Part shown: in pieces, positions 9,758-19,446 of the stretch
How the letters are laid out: every line of letters begins with the position of its first letter
How positions within the stretch are numbered: position 1 is the stretch's first letter
Assembly: GCA_963727625.1 (NCBI GenBank)
Contig: CAVSHR010000004.1
Coordinates: forward strand, 768,001-832,000
Origin: an uncultured delta proteobacterium
GTDB taxonomy: Bacteria; Desulfobacterota; Binatia; UBA9968
DNA: 64,000 nucleotides
Reading direction: 5' to 3'
The notes under the pieces: generated by a model
Databases searched by the model: none
Seen by the model: the letters and a program-made list of their open reading frames with translations, nothing else
Told to the model about the DNA's origin: nothing
Made by a program: the position numbers and the translations under genes

Positions 9758-10765
9758 ATGATTAGATTACAACTGAAAAAACCGGTCTTGGCTCTGGTGC
9801 TGCTTTCGCTGGTTCTGCTCCCAGCATCGCTGTTCGCCGGAGACTCTTTGTCGAAGTTTCGCCTTGTGCAAAGCGGTCACACCGCGATGAGTTGGCCTAT
9901 TTATGTCGCCAAAGATCAAAAGATCTTCGAGAAAAACGGTCTTGATTTTGAAGAAATCATCATTCGCGGCGCAACCAACACGACACGCGCGGTACTGAGC
10001 AACTCTGTCGGGATCGGACGCATCAATCCTGACTATGTCGTCACGGCGATGGAAAAAGGCGCCAAGGTAAAAATTGTCGCCGGATCGCTCGATAAAATCC
10101 CTTATAACCTCATGGCGCGCCCCGAAATCAAATCCGGCGCGCAACTGAAGGGGAAAACGATCGGCGTCAGTTCCCTCACCGGCGGAACGACTCTCATGCT
10201 GCATGAAGTCATGGAAAAAGCCTTCAAGCTCAAAGAAACCGATTACAAGTTGCTCGTGGTCGGAACCTCCCCGGACCGTTACGCCGCCTTGAAAGGCGGA
10301 TCAGTCCAGGCGACCTTTATGGGACCTCCTTTCAATATTCGTGCAAAAAAGGAAGGTTTCACGGACCTGGCGGTCTGGCATGATTATCTCGGTCCCATCC
10401 AGTTTGTGGTGACTTTCGCGCACAACGATTATCTCAAGAGCCACCGCAAAGAAACCGTGGCGTACCTGAAGAGTATTATTCAGGCCACGCAATGGCTCTA
10501 TGATCCGAAAAACAAGGAGAAAGCGATCGCCCTGCACATGAAAATTCTCAAGAGCAAGCCGGACGTCGCGCAAAGCGACTACAAATACGTCGTCGAAGAG
10601 TTCAAGCCGTTTTCGCCGGAAGGCATGGTGAGCGATGAAGGTATGAAAAAGACTTTCGCGCTGAGGGTCGCCGCCGGCATGTACCAAGGCAAAAAGGTGC
10701 CATCGTATAAGGAGTACGTCGACACCTCTTATGGCGAACAGGCCAAGAAAGAGCTCGGACTTTAG
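9758..10765 (+). CDS. ABC substrate-binding protein (NMT1/SsuA-like)
   Basis: Signal peptide; IFEKNGLDFE and LKGKTIGV motifs; last gene of the ABC operon. Confidence 0.9.
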   Translation: MIRLQLKKPVLALVLLSLVLLPASLFAGDSLSKFRLVQSGHTAMSWPIYVAKDQKIFEKNGLDFEEIIIRGATNTTRAVLSNSVGIGRINPDYVVTAMEKGAKVKIVAGSLDKIPYNLMARPEIKSGAQLKGKTIGVSSLTGGTTLMLHEVMEKAFKLKETDYKLLVVGTSPDRYAALKGGSVQATFMGPPFNIRAKKEGFTDLAVWHDYLGPIQFVVTFAHNDYLKSHRKETVAYLKSIIQATQWLYDPKNKEKAIALHMKILKSKPDVAQSDYKYVVEEFKPFSPEGMVSDEGMKKTFALRVAAGMYQGKKVPSYKEYVDTSYGEQAKKELGL

Positions 10766-10780
10766 TCATCTACCGCCTCA

Positions 10781-10834
10781 GCCAGCGAATCGACGAGTCA
10801 AAAACCGTCGATTCGCTGGCATGCCTGCTTTTTG
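10781..10834 (+). terminator. Probable intrinsic terminator
   Basis: Perfect 15-bp stem gccagcgaatcgacg/cgtcgattcgctggc just after the stop, with a T-run shortly downstream. Confidence 0.65.
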
Positions 10835-11084
10835 ACTCACCCTGAGGTCAGCGCACGTTTATCGGAGTGTTTTTCACTGCTTTTTGTATTATGCGCGGCC
10901 ACGCATGGTCAGGGTCATAGCAATCCACGCCGATGGGTAAATTCGCGCCGCATCGATCGTATTTGAAATTCGTTGGAAATGTGAAATATTTGCCCTCTCG
11001 GATCTGCTTTCCGGGATCCTGGAGGTTCTCTTTACGCTCGACAGATTTGATTGATCCGGTATGACAAAAAGAAAGGCAGCGGGT

Positions 11085-12083
11085 ATGAAATTCGTTATGC
11101 GATTCATGTTAGCAATCCTGTTGATTGGCGGGACGGCCAGCGCCCCGGTTTGCGCCCAGGCGCTAAAGAAGATTCGCATCGGTTATCCATCCTTGAGCTT
11201 TCGCCAGTCCAATGTCTGGGTGGCGAAGGAGATGGGTTTATTCAACAAGTACGGACTCGAAGTGGAACCGATTTTTCTCCGCGGCGGCCAGATGGCTACC
11301 CAGGCGCTGGTCGCGGGCGATCCGCCCATCGTTAACATCGGTACGGTGGTGCAAGCGAGCCTTCGCGGTCACAACCTGGTGCTCGTGGCCGCGGTTGAAA
11401 CCAAGTACGATCAAATCGTCTTCGCCCGTCCCAACATCACGAAGCTCGAGCAGCTCAAGGGCAAAACCTTCGGGGTGAGCGGCTTTGGCTCCGCGACCCA
11501 TTACGCCTCGGCCATTCTGATCAAACATCTTAAGCTGGATCCCAAAGATTTGGCGATTATCCCAACTGGCGCCGACGCCGAGCGGCTGGCTGCGCTCAGT
11601 ACCGGAAAAATCGACGCGACTTTTTTCAGCTCTTCCGCGGCCCCGGTGGCTCGGAAGGCCGGCTTTAACGAGCTTTTGCAGATCGCCGACCTCGGCGTCG
11701 AAGTTCAGGGCAACGGCTTTGCGACGTCGAAAGCCTATATCCAGAGTAATCGTGAGACCGTCAAAAATGCCCTCAAAGGATTTATCGAGGCAATCTATTT
11801 TGTTTACGCCAACAAGAAAGACGCCCAAAAGGTGTTTGCAAAATACATGCGCACCAACGACCCCGCCGTCCTCGAGGAATCCTACGAGGGCTACATCAAG
11901 ATGATTCCCAAGAAGCCTTACCCTACCCTCAAGGGAATTCAGTTCATGCTGGACATGCTGGCGCCGACGATGCCCGAAGCGAAGAGCGCCAAACCCGAGC
12001 AGTTTGTCGATCTGAGCTTTTTACATGAACTCGAGAAAGAAGGCTTCTTCAACGAGATGGCGAAACGGTACCCAACGAAATAA
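11085..12083 (+). CDS. ABC substrate-binding protein (NMT1/SsuA-like)
   Basis: Signal peptide; GLFNKYGLEVE, LKGKTFGVS and KPYPT motifs. Confidence 0.9.
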   Translation: MKFVMRFMLAILLIGGTASAPVCAQALKKIRIGYPSLSFRQSNVWVAKEMGLFNKYGLEVEPIFLRGGQMATQALVAGDPPIVNIGTVVQASLRGHNLVLVAAVETKYDQIVFARPNITKLEQLKGKTFGVSGFGSATHYASAILIKHLKLDPKDLAIIPTGADAERLAALSTGKIDATFFSSSAAPVARKAGFNELLQIADLGVEVQGNGFATSKAYIQSNRETVKNALKGFIEAIYFVYANKKDAQKVFAKYMRTNDPAVLEESYEGYIKMIPKKPYPTLKGIQFMLDMLAPTMPEAKSAKPEQFVDLSFLHELEKEGFFNEMAKRYPTK

Positions 12084-12084
12084 C

Positions 12085-12152
12085 TGGAGCGATGGAGTAC
12101 CGGAGTTTTGGAGTGTTGGGTTTTTCCGAAGCACCCCGTTACTCCAGCCCTC
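12085..12152. repeat. Inverted arrays of TGGAGTRN octamers
   Basis: tggagcga tggagtac cggagttt tggagtgt ... actccagc cctcca; a second copy lies at 29478. Confidence 0.75.
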
Positions 12153-12188
12153 CAAGACTTCATCAACCCAATCTTGAAGGAGGCGTTC

Positions 12189-12578
12189 ATGGCACGCAAA
12201 ACCATCCAACCCAAAACTCTCAACGATCCCCGGCCGCGCTACTCTCAAGGAATTCAAACCCGCGGCGGCAAGCTCGTGTTTGTCGCCGGACAAACGGCGT
12301 CGGACAAGGACGGCAAGGTCGTCGGCAAGGGCAACATCAGGGCCCAGACTGAACAGGTTTTCGCCAATCTCAGAGCGGTTTTGAAGGCGGCCGGCGGCAC
12401 ACTGGATAATCTCGTGATGACGACGACCTATATCGTCGATCGTAAATACCGCGAAGGCTATAACGAGGTGCGCCGCGGGCAGTATAAAAAGGACCCGGCG
12501 ACCAGCACGCTGGTGATCGTCAAGGGCCTCGCCCATCCCGATTATCTGATCGAGATCTCCGGCATCGCCGTCATTTGA
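12189..12578 (+). CDS. RidA/YjgF family protein
   Basis: RBS ggagg before ATG 12189; YSQG, VFVAGQ, AQTEQVFANL, IEISGIA. Confidence 0.9.
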   Translation: MARKTIQPKTLNDPRPRYSQGIQTRGGKLVFVAGQTASDKDGKVVGKGNIRAQTEQVFANLRAVLKAAGGTLDNLVMTTTYIVDRKYREGYNEVRRGQYKKDPATSTLVIVKGLAHPDYLIEISGIAVI

Positions 12579-12580
12579 AC

Positions 12581-13549
12581 ATGAAAATCACGGTCCTCGA
12601 CGATTATCAGCGCGCCTTCGATAGCACCGACGCGATCCGGCGCCTGCGACAGAAAGCCGACGTCCGCATCATCACCGAGAAGCTGCCGTCGGACACCGCC
12701 GTCGCGGCAGCGCTCAACGGCTCGCAAGCGATCATACCGGTGCGCGAGCGCACCAAGTTCACCGCATCGCTGCTCAGCGCGCTGCCGGATCTCGAACTTA
12801 TTTCTCAAACCGGCAATCACGTCTATCACGTCGACCTGGAAGCGGCGACCAAACAAGGCATCGTCGTCAGCCTGGCGCCGGGCGGTAACAGCACGACGGA
12901 ATTGGCCTTCGCTTTGATGCTCGCCGTCATGCGGCGAATTTCACAAAGCGACCGCGCCATGCGCCGCGGCGAATGGCCGATGGTGCTCGGCTACGTGCTC
13001 AAGGGAAAAACTCTCGGGATCTTGGGGCTCGGGAAAATCGGCACCGAGGTCGCCGCCATCGCCCGCGCCTTCGGCATGAAGGTGATCGCCTGGGGACCGA
13101 CGCTCACCGCCGAACGCGCGGCCAAATCCGAAGCAAGGTTTTTGCCCTTGGAAGAAGTTCTCAAGTCGTCCGACGTCGTATCGGTGCACCTCGCGCTTTC
13201 TGATCAGAGCAAAAACTTGCTCAATGAAGCGCGCCTGCGCTTGATGAAACCATCCGCCTATCTGATCAACACTGCCCGCGGTGCCATCGTCGACGAGCCC
13301 GCCCTGATCCAGCTCTTGAAAGAAAACGCCATCGGCGGCGCCGCCCTCGACGTCTTCGTCGAAGAGCCGCTGCCGAAGAATCATCCCCTCCTCGACCTCG
13401 ACAACGTCGTGCTGGCTCCCCATCTCGGCTGGCCCACCGACTCGGGCTTCGCCGGCTTTGCCGAAAAGGCTGTCGAGAACATCCTCGACTATATGAACGG
13501 CAAGCTCACCCGCGCCCTCAATCCCGAAGCGCTCAAACACCGCCGCTAA
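12581..13549 (+). CDS. D-2-hydroxyacid dehydrogenase family protein
   Basis: GLGKIG, INTARG, DVFVEEP, PHLG. Confidence 0.9.
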   Translation: MKITVLDDYQRAFDSTDAIRRLRQKADVRIITEKLPSDTAVAAALNGSQAIIPVRERTKFTASLLSALPDLELISQTGNHVYHVDLEAATKQGIVVSLAPGGNSTTELAFALMLAVMRRISQSDRAMRRGEWPMVLGYVLKGKTLGILGLGKIGTEVAAIARAFGMKVIAWGPTLTAERAAKSEARFLPLEEVLKSSDVVSVHLALSDQSKNLLNEARLRLMKPSAYLINTARGAIVDEPALIQLLKENAIGGAALDVFVEEPLPKNHPLLDLDNVVLAPHLGWPTDSGFAGFAEKAVENILDYMNGKLTRALNPEALKHRR

Positions 13550-13652
13550 CCGGACGCGGCGTCGGTCCAGCCACCGGACCAATCGATTCTATCATATTCG
13601 GTTATCGTCGCACGAAAACCGCCGAGGAATCAGCATCTGCACTCCCTTTGAA

Positions 13653-13754
13653 TGTCTTACTCAACACAGTGAAGCATCTGCTTTTTCCGGCCCGGCTTTC
13701 TTTCTCGGGCGAAAATTCCAAAAGCAGATTCCTCGGCTGCGCCTCGGAATGACA
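13653..13754. repeat. Palindromic miniature element (GTC...GAATGAC family)
   Basis: atctgctttt ... aaaagcagattcctcggctgcgcctcggaatgaca, between convergent genes. Confidence 0.6.
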
Positions 13755-13833
13755 GTCTGCCAGCGGCTCCCTATTCAAGAGATTTATATCGGCAGGAAAT
13801 CCGGAGTCCGAGCTTGGACTCGCGTCGGATCGA

Positions 13834-15117
13834 TCATGCCCTCAGCCTCGTGCTGTGAAACACACGGTTGTCCTGATCAATGAATTCCAACAGGGCGTGA
13901 TTGGGATCGGCTTTGGGGTCGATGGTGATCTTTGCGAAATTAAAATCTTCCGCCAGATAGTATTCAAAGCGCCGCGCTGATCCGTCGGTGATTCGATTGA
14001 GCGGCGCGCCTAAGGGCCCCGCGGTGATGTCCTTGAGCCCGCGGGACTTGGGAATTTTAGTGATCGCCGCGTAGTGCATATCCGCGCTGAGAAAATAAAC
14101 GCCGCGGATTTTGTTTTGATTGATGAAGCGCAGGATCTGCGCCCGCTCTTTGGGAAAACCGTCCCATCGATCGCTGCCGCCGCCGGCCATCGTCACCGAG
14201 GTGGCGATGAATTTGAAGGTCGCTGTGGAACTCGCAACGCGGTCGAAGAGCCACGCCTTTTGCGCCTCACCTAACATCGTGCCGCTCTTGAGATCGCGGT
14301 ACTGGCGCGTGTCGAGAATAAAAAGCTCCGCCGCCCGGCCCCAGCGAAACGAACGGTAAATTCGCCGCGGATCGCTCGCCGGACAGCGCACCGGCCAATA
14401 ATCGAGAAACGCTTTCCACCCGATGGGAGCCAAAGCGTCACCGGGCAAAAAATCATCTGCGACTTCGTGATCGTCCCAGACGACATAGAGGCCAGTGTTT
14501 TGCATACAGGCTTGCGTCGCATAGTCGTCACGGTTGACACGGTATTTGGCCCAGAACTCCGCTAACTGCCGCGCGCTGCCGTTTTTGTCGGCGTAGATCG
14601 TATCGCCCAGGTTCAGGAAAAAATCCGGCCGCTGCGCAGCCACGGCGCTCATGACGGTGAACGGTTTGTAGCTTTCGCGGGTGTCGCCGCTGAAGCAAAA
14701 CGTCACCTTCGCGGCATCGTCCGGATGCGGCGCGGTCACGAAGCTCCCGACCGGCCCCGGAAATTTGCCGCTGACCGCGGCGCGATAATAGTAGCGGCTC
14801 GCCGGCTTCAAACCACTGAGGGAAATTTTTACGGTGTAATCCGACGCCGAATCCACTGGAAACACCCGGGTGGAGGCATATTTGACGAGACGCGGATGCC
14901 CGCCGTATTGCAAGGCAACCCGGCTGCCGGCCTCGGCGCGCAGCCAGACCAGTGCGCTCGTGTCGGTCACATCGCCGGCGACACAGTAAAGCGACAACCC
15001 TGTGGCCGGATCGGGCGGAGTGAACACCGTGGCGCACCCGGATTGGCCCAAAAAAAACGGCGCGCCTAGACCGGCTGCCGCTACGGCTTTGAGAAATTGT
15101 CTGCGACGCATCGTCAT
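13834..15117 (-). CDS. phoD: PhoD-family alkaline phosphatase, Tat-exported (possible lipoprotein)
   Basis: RRRQFLK Tat motif, QSGC, GDTIYAD, WDDHE, LDTRQYR, DRWDGF, SADMH. Confidence 0.9.
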   Translation of the reverse strand: MTMRRRQFLKAVAAAGLGAPFFLGQSGCATVFTPPDPATGLSLYCVAGDVTDTSALVWLRAEAGSRVALQYGGHPRLVKYASTRVFPVDSASDYTVKISLSGLKPASRYYYRAAVSGKFPGPVGSFVTAPHPDDAAKVTFCFSGDTRESYKPFTVMSAVAAQRPDFFLNLGDTIYADKNGSARQLAEFWAKYRVNRDDYATQACMQNTGLYVVWDDHEVADDFLPGDALAPIGWKAFLDYWPVRCPASDPRRIYRSFRWGRAAELFILDTRQYRDLKSGTMLGEAQKAWLFDRVASSTATFKFIATSVTMAGGGSDRWDGFPKERAQILRFINQNKIRGVYFLSADMHYAAITKIPKSRGLKDITAGPLGAPLNRITDGSARRFEYYLAEDFNFAKITIDPKADPNHALLEFIDQDNRVFHSTRLRA

Positions 15118-15618
15118 TCAAACATAAAATTTATTCCAGAGGATCTCGCACAGCCAGCCGGCGATCAGGGGAAAGAGCAGGCTCACGGTCAGACGTACCG
15201 CGACAACCTTCGGACCCAAAAAGGGGATCTCCCACATGATGATGCGTTGCATGCCGAACAACGACCACGCCGTCAGGTACGCCACCAAGGGCCCGATACC
15301 GACCCCCATCTTGTAAAACGAAGCGATCACCGGGAAGTGAGTCATCGGTCCGCCCGGGGTGACACCGCCCAAGGTCATGCCGACGAGAAGACCCCGAAAG
15401 CCCGTCCCATGGCCCATCCATTCGACGATCAGTTCTTTGGGCACGATCGCTTGGAACAACCCCGCCAGCAAAAATGCCGCGATCATGCGCGGGGTGATTT
15501 CAAGAATCAACGAGCCGGTCGCGTTGAGCCCTTTTTGAGCGGCTTCCGGCGACTTATAGTAAACCGCGGCGAGCATGACCAGCGCCGCCGCCATCATGAC
15601 GACTGTCGATGTGTCCAT
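15118..15618 (-). CDS. Predicted permease (DUF318/ArsP-like, short form)
   Basis: Hydrophobic; TPGGP motif and YLTAWS; start MDTSTVV preceded by RBS aggag. Confidence 0.75.
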   Translation of the reverse strand: MDTSTVVMMAAALVMLAAVYYKSPEAAQKGLNATGSLILEITPRMIAAFLLAGLFQAIVPKELIVEWMGHGTGFRGLLVGMTLGGVTPGGPMTHFPVIASFYKMGVGIGPLVAYLTAWSLFGMQRIIMWEIPFLGPKVVAVRLTVSLLFPLIAGWLCEILWNKFYV

Positions 15619-15805
15619 GGATCTCCTGAAGATAAGATTGGTTAACTTTCGCGGGGGCATCGGATGTACTGCAGCGAACCGTGAGCGTAGATTTGAACTG
15701 TAAAGAGCGCCGGGTGAATTTGCAAACCGGCGGCTCAAGAGGCTCGTTTGACTTGCCCCGGACGCTATAGTTACCTGGAGGCGATCATTTTACGCGGAGG
15801 AATGA

Positions 15806-17089
15806 ATGGCTCTCGATCAGGAATTGGCAAATAAAGTCATCGATCAAATCGACCGCGACGAATTGGCTCGGCTCGGCTGCGATCTCACCGGCATCCCGAG
15901 CCCCACTGGCCAGGAAAAAGCGATCGGCGAATTCATTTTGAGCTGGTTCGAGTCCAACGGCATCAAAGCGGTCAGACAAGACGTCGAATTCGACCGGCCC
16001 AACGCCGTCGGGGTGGTCAAAGGCGACGGCACAGGGTTGAGCCTCGGCTTCAACGGCCATACGGATACGAGTTTCACCGGCACCGAGGAAGACCGCCGCA
16101 TGGTCGCCGACATGGAGCCCGAGTCGGAGCTCAAGGGAAAGATCGTCGGCGATAAAGTTCGAGGCCTCGGCATCTCCAACATGAAGGGCGGCGTCGCGGC
16201 GTTCATGATCGCCGGCAAGGCGCTCAAAAAATGCGGCGTGAAGTTGAAAGGCGACGTGGTTCTCGCCGCCGTGGTCGGCGAGATCTCGCGCACCCCCGTG
16301 GGCCCCTGGCAGACCAAGGAATATCGCGGCGAAGGCGCCGGCACGCGCCATCTGTTGACCCACGGCATGCATTCGGACTACGCGGTCTGCTGCGACGGCT
16401 CCGACATGAACATCGTCTGGACCCAGAACGGCGTCGTGCAGGTGAAGATTCAAACCTTCGGCAAGGCCGAGGCCGCCTGGGGCTCCAATCGCGAAACCCA
16501 TCCGATGGTAAAGATGAACGCCATCGTCAAAATGACCAAGATCATCGACGCCATCGAGCGCTGGGGCGCGGAGTTCGAAGCGAAATATGTTTACCAATCC
16601 CCCACCGGCCCGCTCTATCCCAAGGTCAACATCGGCGGCATCGAAGGCGGCGCGCCCTACCGGCCCAACTACTATCCCGGCGTCTGCTCGATCTACGTCG
16701 ACATTCGCATGCCGCCGCAAATCCGGCCGGTGCAGATCCAGCACGAGCTGGAAAAGAGGTTGAATGCGACCGGCCTCGAATACCAAATGGATATTTACAA
16801 ATCGTTGCTCGGCCACGAGGGCAAGAACGTCGAGCCGTTGGTCAAGTCGGCCGAAGAGGTTTTCCAGCATCTGTTCGGCGCCAATATCAAGCACGAAGCT
16901 CCCGACCGCGCCAGCATCTGGACGGACACCAACGTGTACAACGAGCTCGGCATCCCCGCGATCAAGATCGGCCCGCGCGGCCGCCGCATCGGCCCGCGCA
17001 ACGAGGAAATCGAGATCGAGACGATGGTCGACGCGGCGAAGCTCTACGCGCTCATGGCGCTCGATATCTGCACGAGGCCAAGAGCCTAG
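15806..17089 (+). CDS. M20/ArgE-DapE family metallohydrolase-like protein
   Basis: PSPTGQE, FNGHTDT, GLGISNMKGG, VNIGGIEGG, TD..GIPAIKIGP. Confidence 0.85.
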   Translation: MALDQELANKVIDQIDRDELARLGCDLTGIPSPTGQEKAIGEFILSWFESNGIKAVRQDVEFDRPNAVGVVKGDGTGLSLGFNGHTDTSFTGTEEDRRMVADMEPESELKGKIVGDKVRGLGISNMKGGVAAFMIAGKALKKCGVKLKGDVVLAAVVGEISRTPVGPWQTKEYRGEGAGTRHLLTHGMHSDYAVCCDGSDMNIVWTQNGVVQVKIQTFGKAEAAWGSNRETHPMVKMNAIVKMTKIIDAIERWGAEFEAKYVYQSPTGPLYPKVNIGGIEGGAPYRPNYYPGVCSIYVDIRMPPQIRPVQIQHELEKRLNATGLEYQMDIYKSLLGHEGKNVEPLVKSAEEVFQHLFGANIKHEAPDRASIWTDTNVYNELGIPAIKIGPRGRRIGPRNEEIEIETMVDAAKLYALMALDICTRPRA

Positions 17090-17144
17090 TAGTAAAGGAG
17101 TTCGCAGTCCGGCTGACCTCTTAGAATCTGGACGGCTAAAATAA
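17088..17144 (+). pseudogene. intI: Extreme 3' tail of an integron integrase
   Basis: Reads SSKGVRSPADLL, matching the typical IntI C-terminus GGxGVRSP(A/L)D; lies directly upstream of an attC array. Confidence 0.55.
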
Positions 17145-17300
17145 TACTATGCCGTCCCCATACGCAGCCTTCTGCAGCCGAGAAAGAGATGTGGAATGGG
17201 ATCGTAAGCGTATGACATATCGAGAAAATTGCTGCTGTCGCAAGAATCTAATCGAGCAGTGTTATACCGACCGGCATATTCATAGTTTGAGCATACTACT

Positions 17301-17337
17301 TTGACACGGCATAAATTTTGGCTATAATCTGGCCAGA
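17301..17337 (+). promoter_or_regulatory. Consensus sigma70 promoter with overlapping palindromic operator
   Basis: TTGACA-16nt-TATAAT (17301-17328); perfect palindrome TCTGGCCAGA at 17328-17337 abuts the toxin ATG. Confidence 0.85.
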
Positions 17338-17631
17338 ATGCGCTTTGAGATCATTTTGGCTCCGGAGGCGGTGGAAGATTTTCGCGCTTTGAAGGCCAAT
17401 GTTCGATCGACCGTCCGCGATGCTCTTGAAACGCATCTTCGGCACGAACCCATGAAATCGAGCCGGAGCCGGATCAAGCGGCTGCGAGGCCTGGCGCGAC
17501 CACAGTATCGACTTCGTATCGGTGAGGTTCGAATATTTTACGACGTATTAGCCGAGTCCGTTGAGGTCTTGGCTATCGTGCCCAAATCGGAGGCGGCAAT
17601 ATGGCGGGAGCAGTTCGGAAAGCCCGAATAA
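17338..17631 (+). CDS. RelE/ParE-family toxin
   Basis: IILAPEAVEDF, RIKRLRG..QYRLRIGEVRIFYDV; paired with the downstream antitoxin. Confidence 0.9.
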   Translation: MRFEIILAPEAVEDFRALKANVRSTVRDALETHLRHEPMKSSRSRIKRLRGLARPQYRLRIGEVRIFYDVLAESVEVLAIVPKSEAAIWREQFGKPE

Positions 17632-17873
17632 AAGAAGTCCCTTTATCTGAGATCAAAGACGATCTTTCACGATTTCTGCGTGAGGCGGAGAAGCAGGAGA
17701 TTGTCATAACTCGGCACGGAAAGGCTGCCGGTGTCTTGATCGGATTCGAGTCAGAGGACGACTGGTTTGACTATCGGCTTGAGAACGACTCGCGTTTCCT
17801 CGAGCGGGTCGAACGGGCTCGAAGAAGCTTAAAAGCCGGGCGGGGTATCCGGTTAGAAGATATGCCGAAGTAA
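17601..17873 (+). CDS. Phd/YefM-family antitoxin
   Basis: EVPLSEIKDDLSRFL..IVITRHGKAAGVLI. Confidence 0.9.
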   Translation: MAGAVRKARIKEVPLSEIKDDLSRFLREAEKQEIVITRHGKAAGVLIGFESEDDWFDYRLENDSRFLERVERARRSLKAGRGIRLEDMPK

Positions 17874-17880
17874 GCGAGTG

Positions 17881-17935
17881 TTCTAACCGGCGGCTTGATA
17901 AAGCCGCTTCGCGCTTCTTAGCCTTCGCGCTGCTC
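17881..17935 (+). repeat. attC site, degenerate R'
   Basis: ttctaac-5nt-gcttga ... ttagcc-5nt-gctgctc (GTT mutated); arms resemble the attCs at 21303 and 23864. Confidence 0.6.
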
Positions 17936-18101
17936 GTTCCCGTGGCTAAAAGTCTTGCCAAACAACAGCGTATTGACGACCGATCTTTGGCGTAGTCGTC
18001 CAGCGAGCGCAGACAAACCGCTTAGGGACTTGCTTCCGCACGTTCCTAGGCTCCGCGCTATACTTGAGAACGCTCGGCGCGGTCAGGTGCGCGAAATTTC
18101 T

Positions 18102-18160
18102 GGCTAACCATCGGGTGGAAATGTCGCGCCAAACCGTGCCTCTCACCCAAAACGTTCGGC
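18102..18160 (+). repeat. attC site
   Basis: R'' ggctaac, arms gggtgga/tcaccc, R' gttcggc. Confidence 0.85.
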
Positions 18161-18222
18161 CGCACATCGCCCGAGTGACACAACCTCGCTTTCGTTACGG
18201 AGTTCAGAACAAAGGAGAATTT

Positions 18223-18798
18223 ATGTCACGCATTCGCCCTACAAAGTTCGCCCATGTTGTTTACCGCACGCGCCGTTTCGAGCAGATGGTGCATTGGTAT
18301 GAGACCGTGTTCGACGCCAAGGTCCAGTACCAGAACCCCGTGCTGGCATTCTTGACCTACGACGACGAACACCACCGCATTGCGTTGATCAACCTGTCGG
18401 TGCTTCAGCCGGACGGTACCGAAACCGAGCGTCATGGCTTGATCGGTGTCGACCACGTGGCGTACACGTATGCGTCTTTGAACGACCTGTTCGAAAATTA
18501 TGTGCAGCTCAAGGAGAAGGGAATCCGGCCGTACTGGTGTGTCCATCACGGTATCACGGTGTCGATGTACTACGCCGATCCTGACGGCAATCAGATGGAA
18601 TTTCAGATCGATAGCTATGGGTCGAGTGAAGAGGCCAATGCCTTTATCAACGGGCATTTCACGGTCAATCCCGTTGGCGTTGAGTATGACCCCGAAGATT
18701 GGCTGGTCCGGCTGCGGGCCGGAACACCGGTGTCGGACTTTCTGGTGCGCCGGGTTCACGAACCGGTGTCCCCGGTACGGGGATCGATCGCAGGTTAG
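18223..18798 (+). CDS. VOC/glyoxalase-family cassette protein
   Basis: RBS aaggag; FAHVV, DDEHHRIA, GVDHVAY, HGITVSMYYADPDGNQMEFQ; cassette ends gttcggc...gccgaac are exact reverse complements. Confidence 0.9.
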   Translation: MSRIRPTKFAHVVYRTRRFEQMVHWYETVFDAKVQYQNPVLAFLTYDDEHHRIALINLSVLQPDGTETERHGLIGVDHVAYTYASLNDLFENYVQLKEKGIRPYWCVHHGITVSMYYADPDGNQMEFQIDSYGSSEEANAFINGHFTVNPVGVEYDPEDWLVRLRAGTPVSDFLVRRVHEPVSPVRGSIAG

Positions 18799-18916
18799 TC
18801 GCGGCGAGTTGACGGCGGCTGCTCAATCGGGCTGGTTGCGTTGGTCCACGCTGCCGTTGTCGCCGTTTCATCCGCCTGAGACTCTGCGCTGTAAAGGTTT
18901 CGATTCCGAAGGCCCA

Positions 18917-19010
18917 GCCGAACAAGCGAATCAACCGGAGCGCACGCAGCTTAGTCCGTCTGCCACTGCATGGTAACTTCGCGCGCGCCCGATTATCCTT
19001 GTCGTTACAC
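18917..19010 (+). repeat. attC site
   Basis: R'' gccgaac, gaatcaaccggagcgcacgc ... gcgcgcgcccgattatcc, R' gttacac; next ATG 4 nt later. Confidence 0.85.
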
Positions 19011-19014
19011 CTCC

Positions 19015-19446
19015 ATGAAAAGTTACAAAATAGCGTTTTTGACAAGTGTAATTTTGATGTCCCTGCCAAGTGCGATGCTGGTTGTGGTTGGCGTAGTGAA
19101 TCTCAGCGCTTCGCACATCCTTTTTTGGGCAGGGATGCTGTTTCTGCCTTGGTTGGTGTATAGGAATCTGGTTCGGGAAGCTAAGCGGTCTTTTGGCGTT
19201 AGTTTTCTGCTCATTAACTTGCTTTGGTGGCCGTTGCTGGCGAGAACCGTGCAACGAGTAATTTTTGCCGTAGAAAATGGGGGCATAGAACGAGCTGACG
19301 GATACGGCTCGCCGCTCGCGTTCCTGATCGGCATGATAGGTGAACAAGCTTATTTCCTTCCAATGACGGTTACATTATTATTCGGTTGCAGGGTGCTTTT
19401 GACATCTAACAACCGACTCGATGAGCCGCAAAAACCGCACGCTTGA
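19015..19446 (+). CDS. Hypothetical membrane cassette protein
   Basis: ATG right after the attC; about 4 hydrophobic segments; reads into an attC-like atctaac at 19404. Confidence 0.7.
   Translation: MKSYKIAFLTSVILMSLPSAMLVVVGVVNLSASHILFWAGMLFLPWLVYRNLVREAKRSFGVSFLLINLLWWPLLARTVQRVIFAVENGGIERADGYGSPLAFLIGMIGEQAYFLPMTVTLLFGCRVLLTSNNRLDEPQKPHA

Noticed and set aside
17246-17267. attI site (atctaat...gttatac)
   Set aside because: The position is plausible, but the spacing is atypical and the core does not complement the first cassette's R'' (ttctaac)
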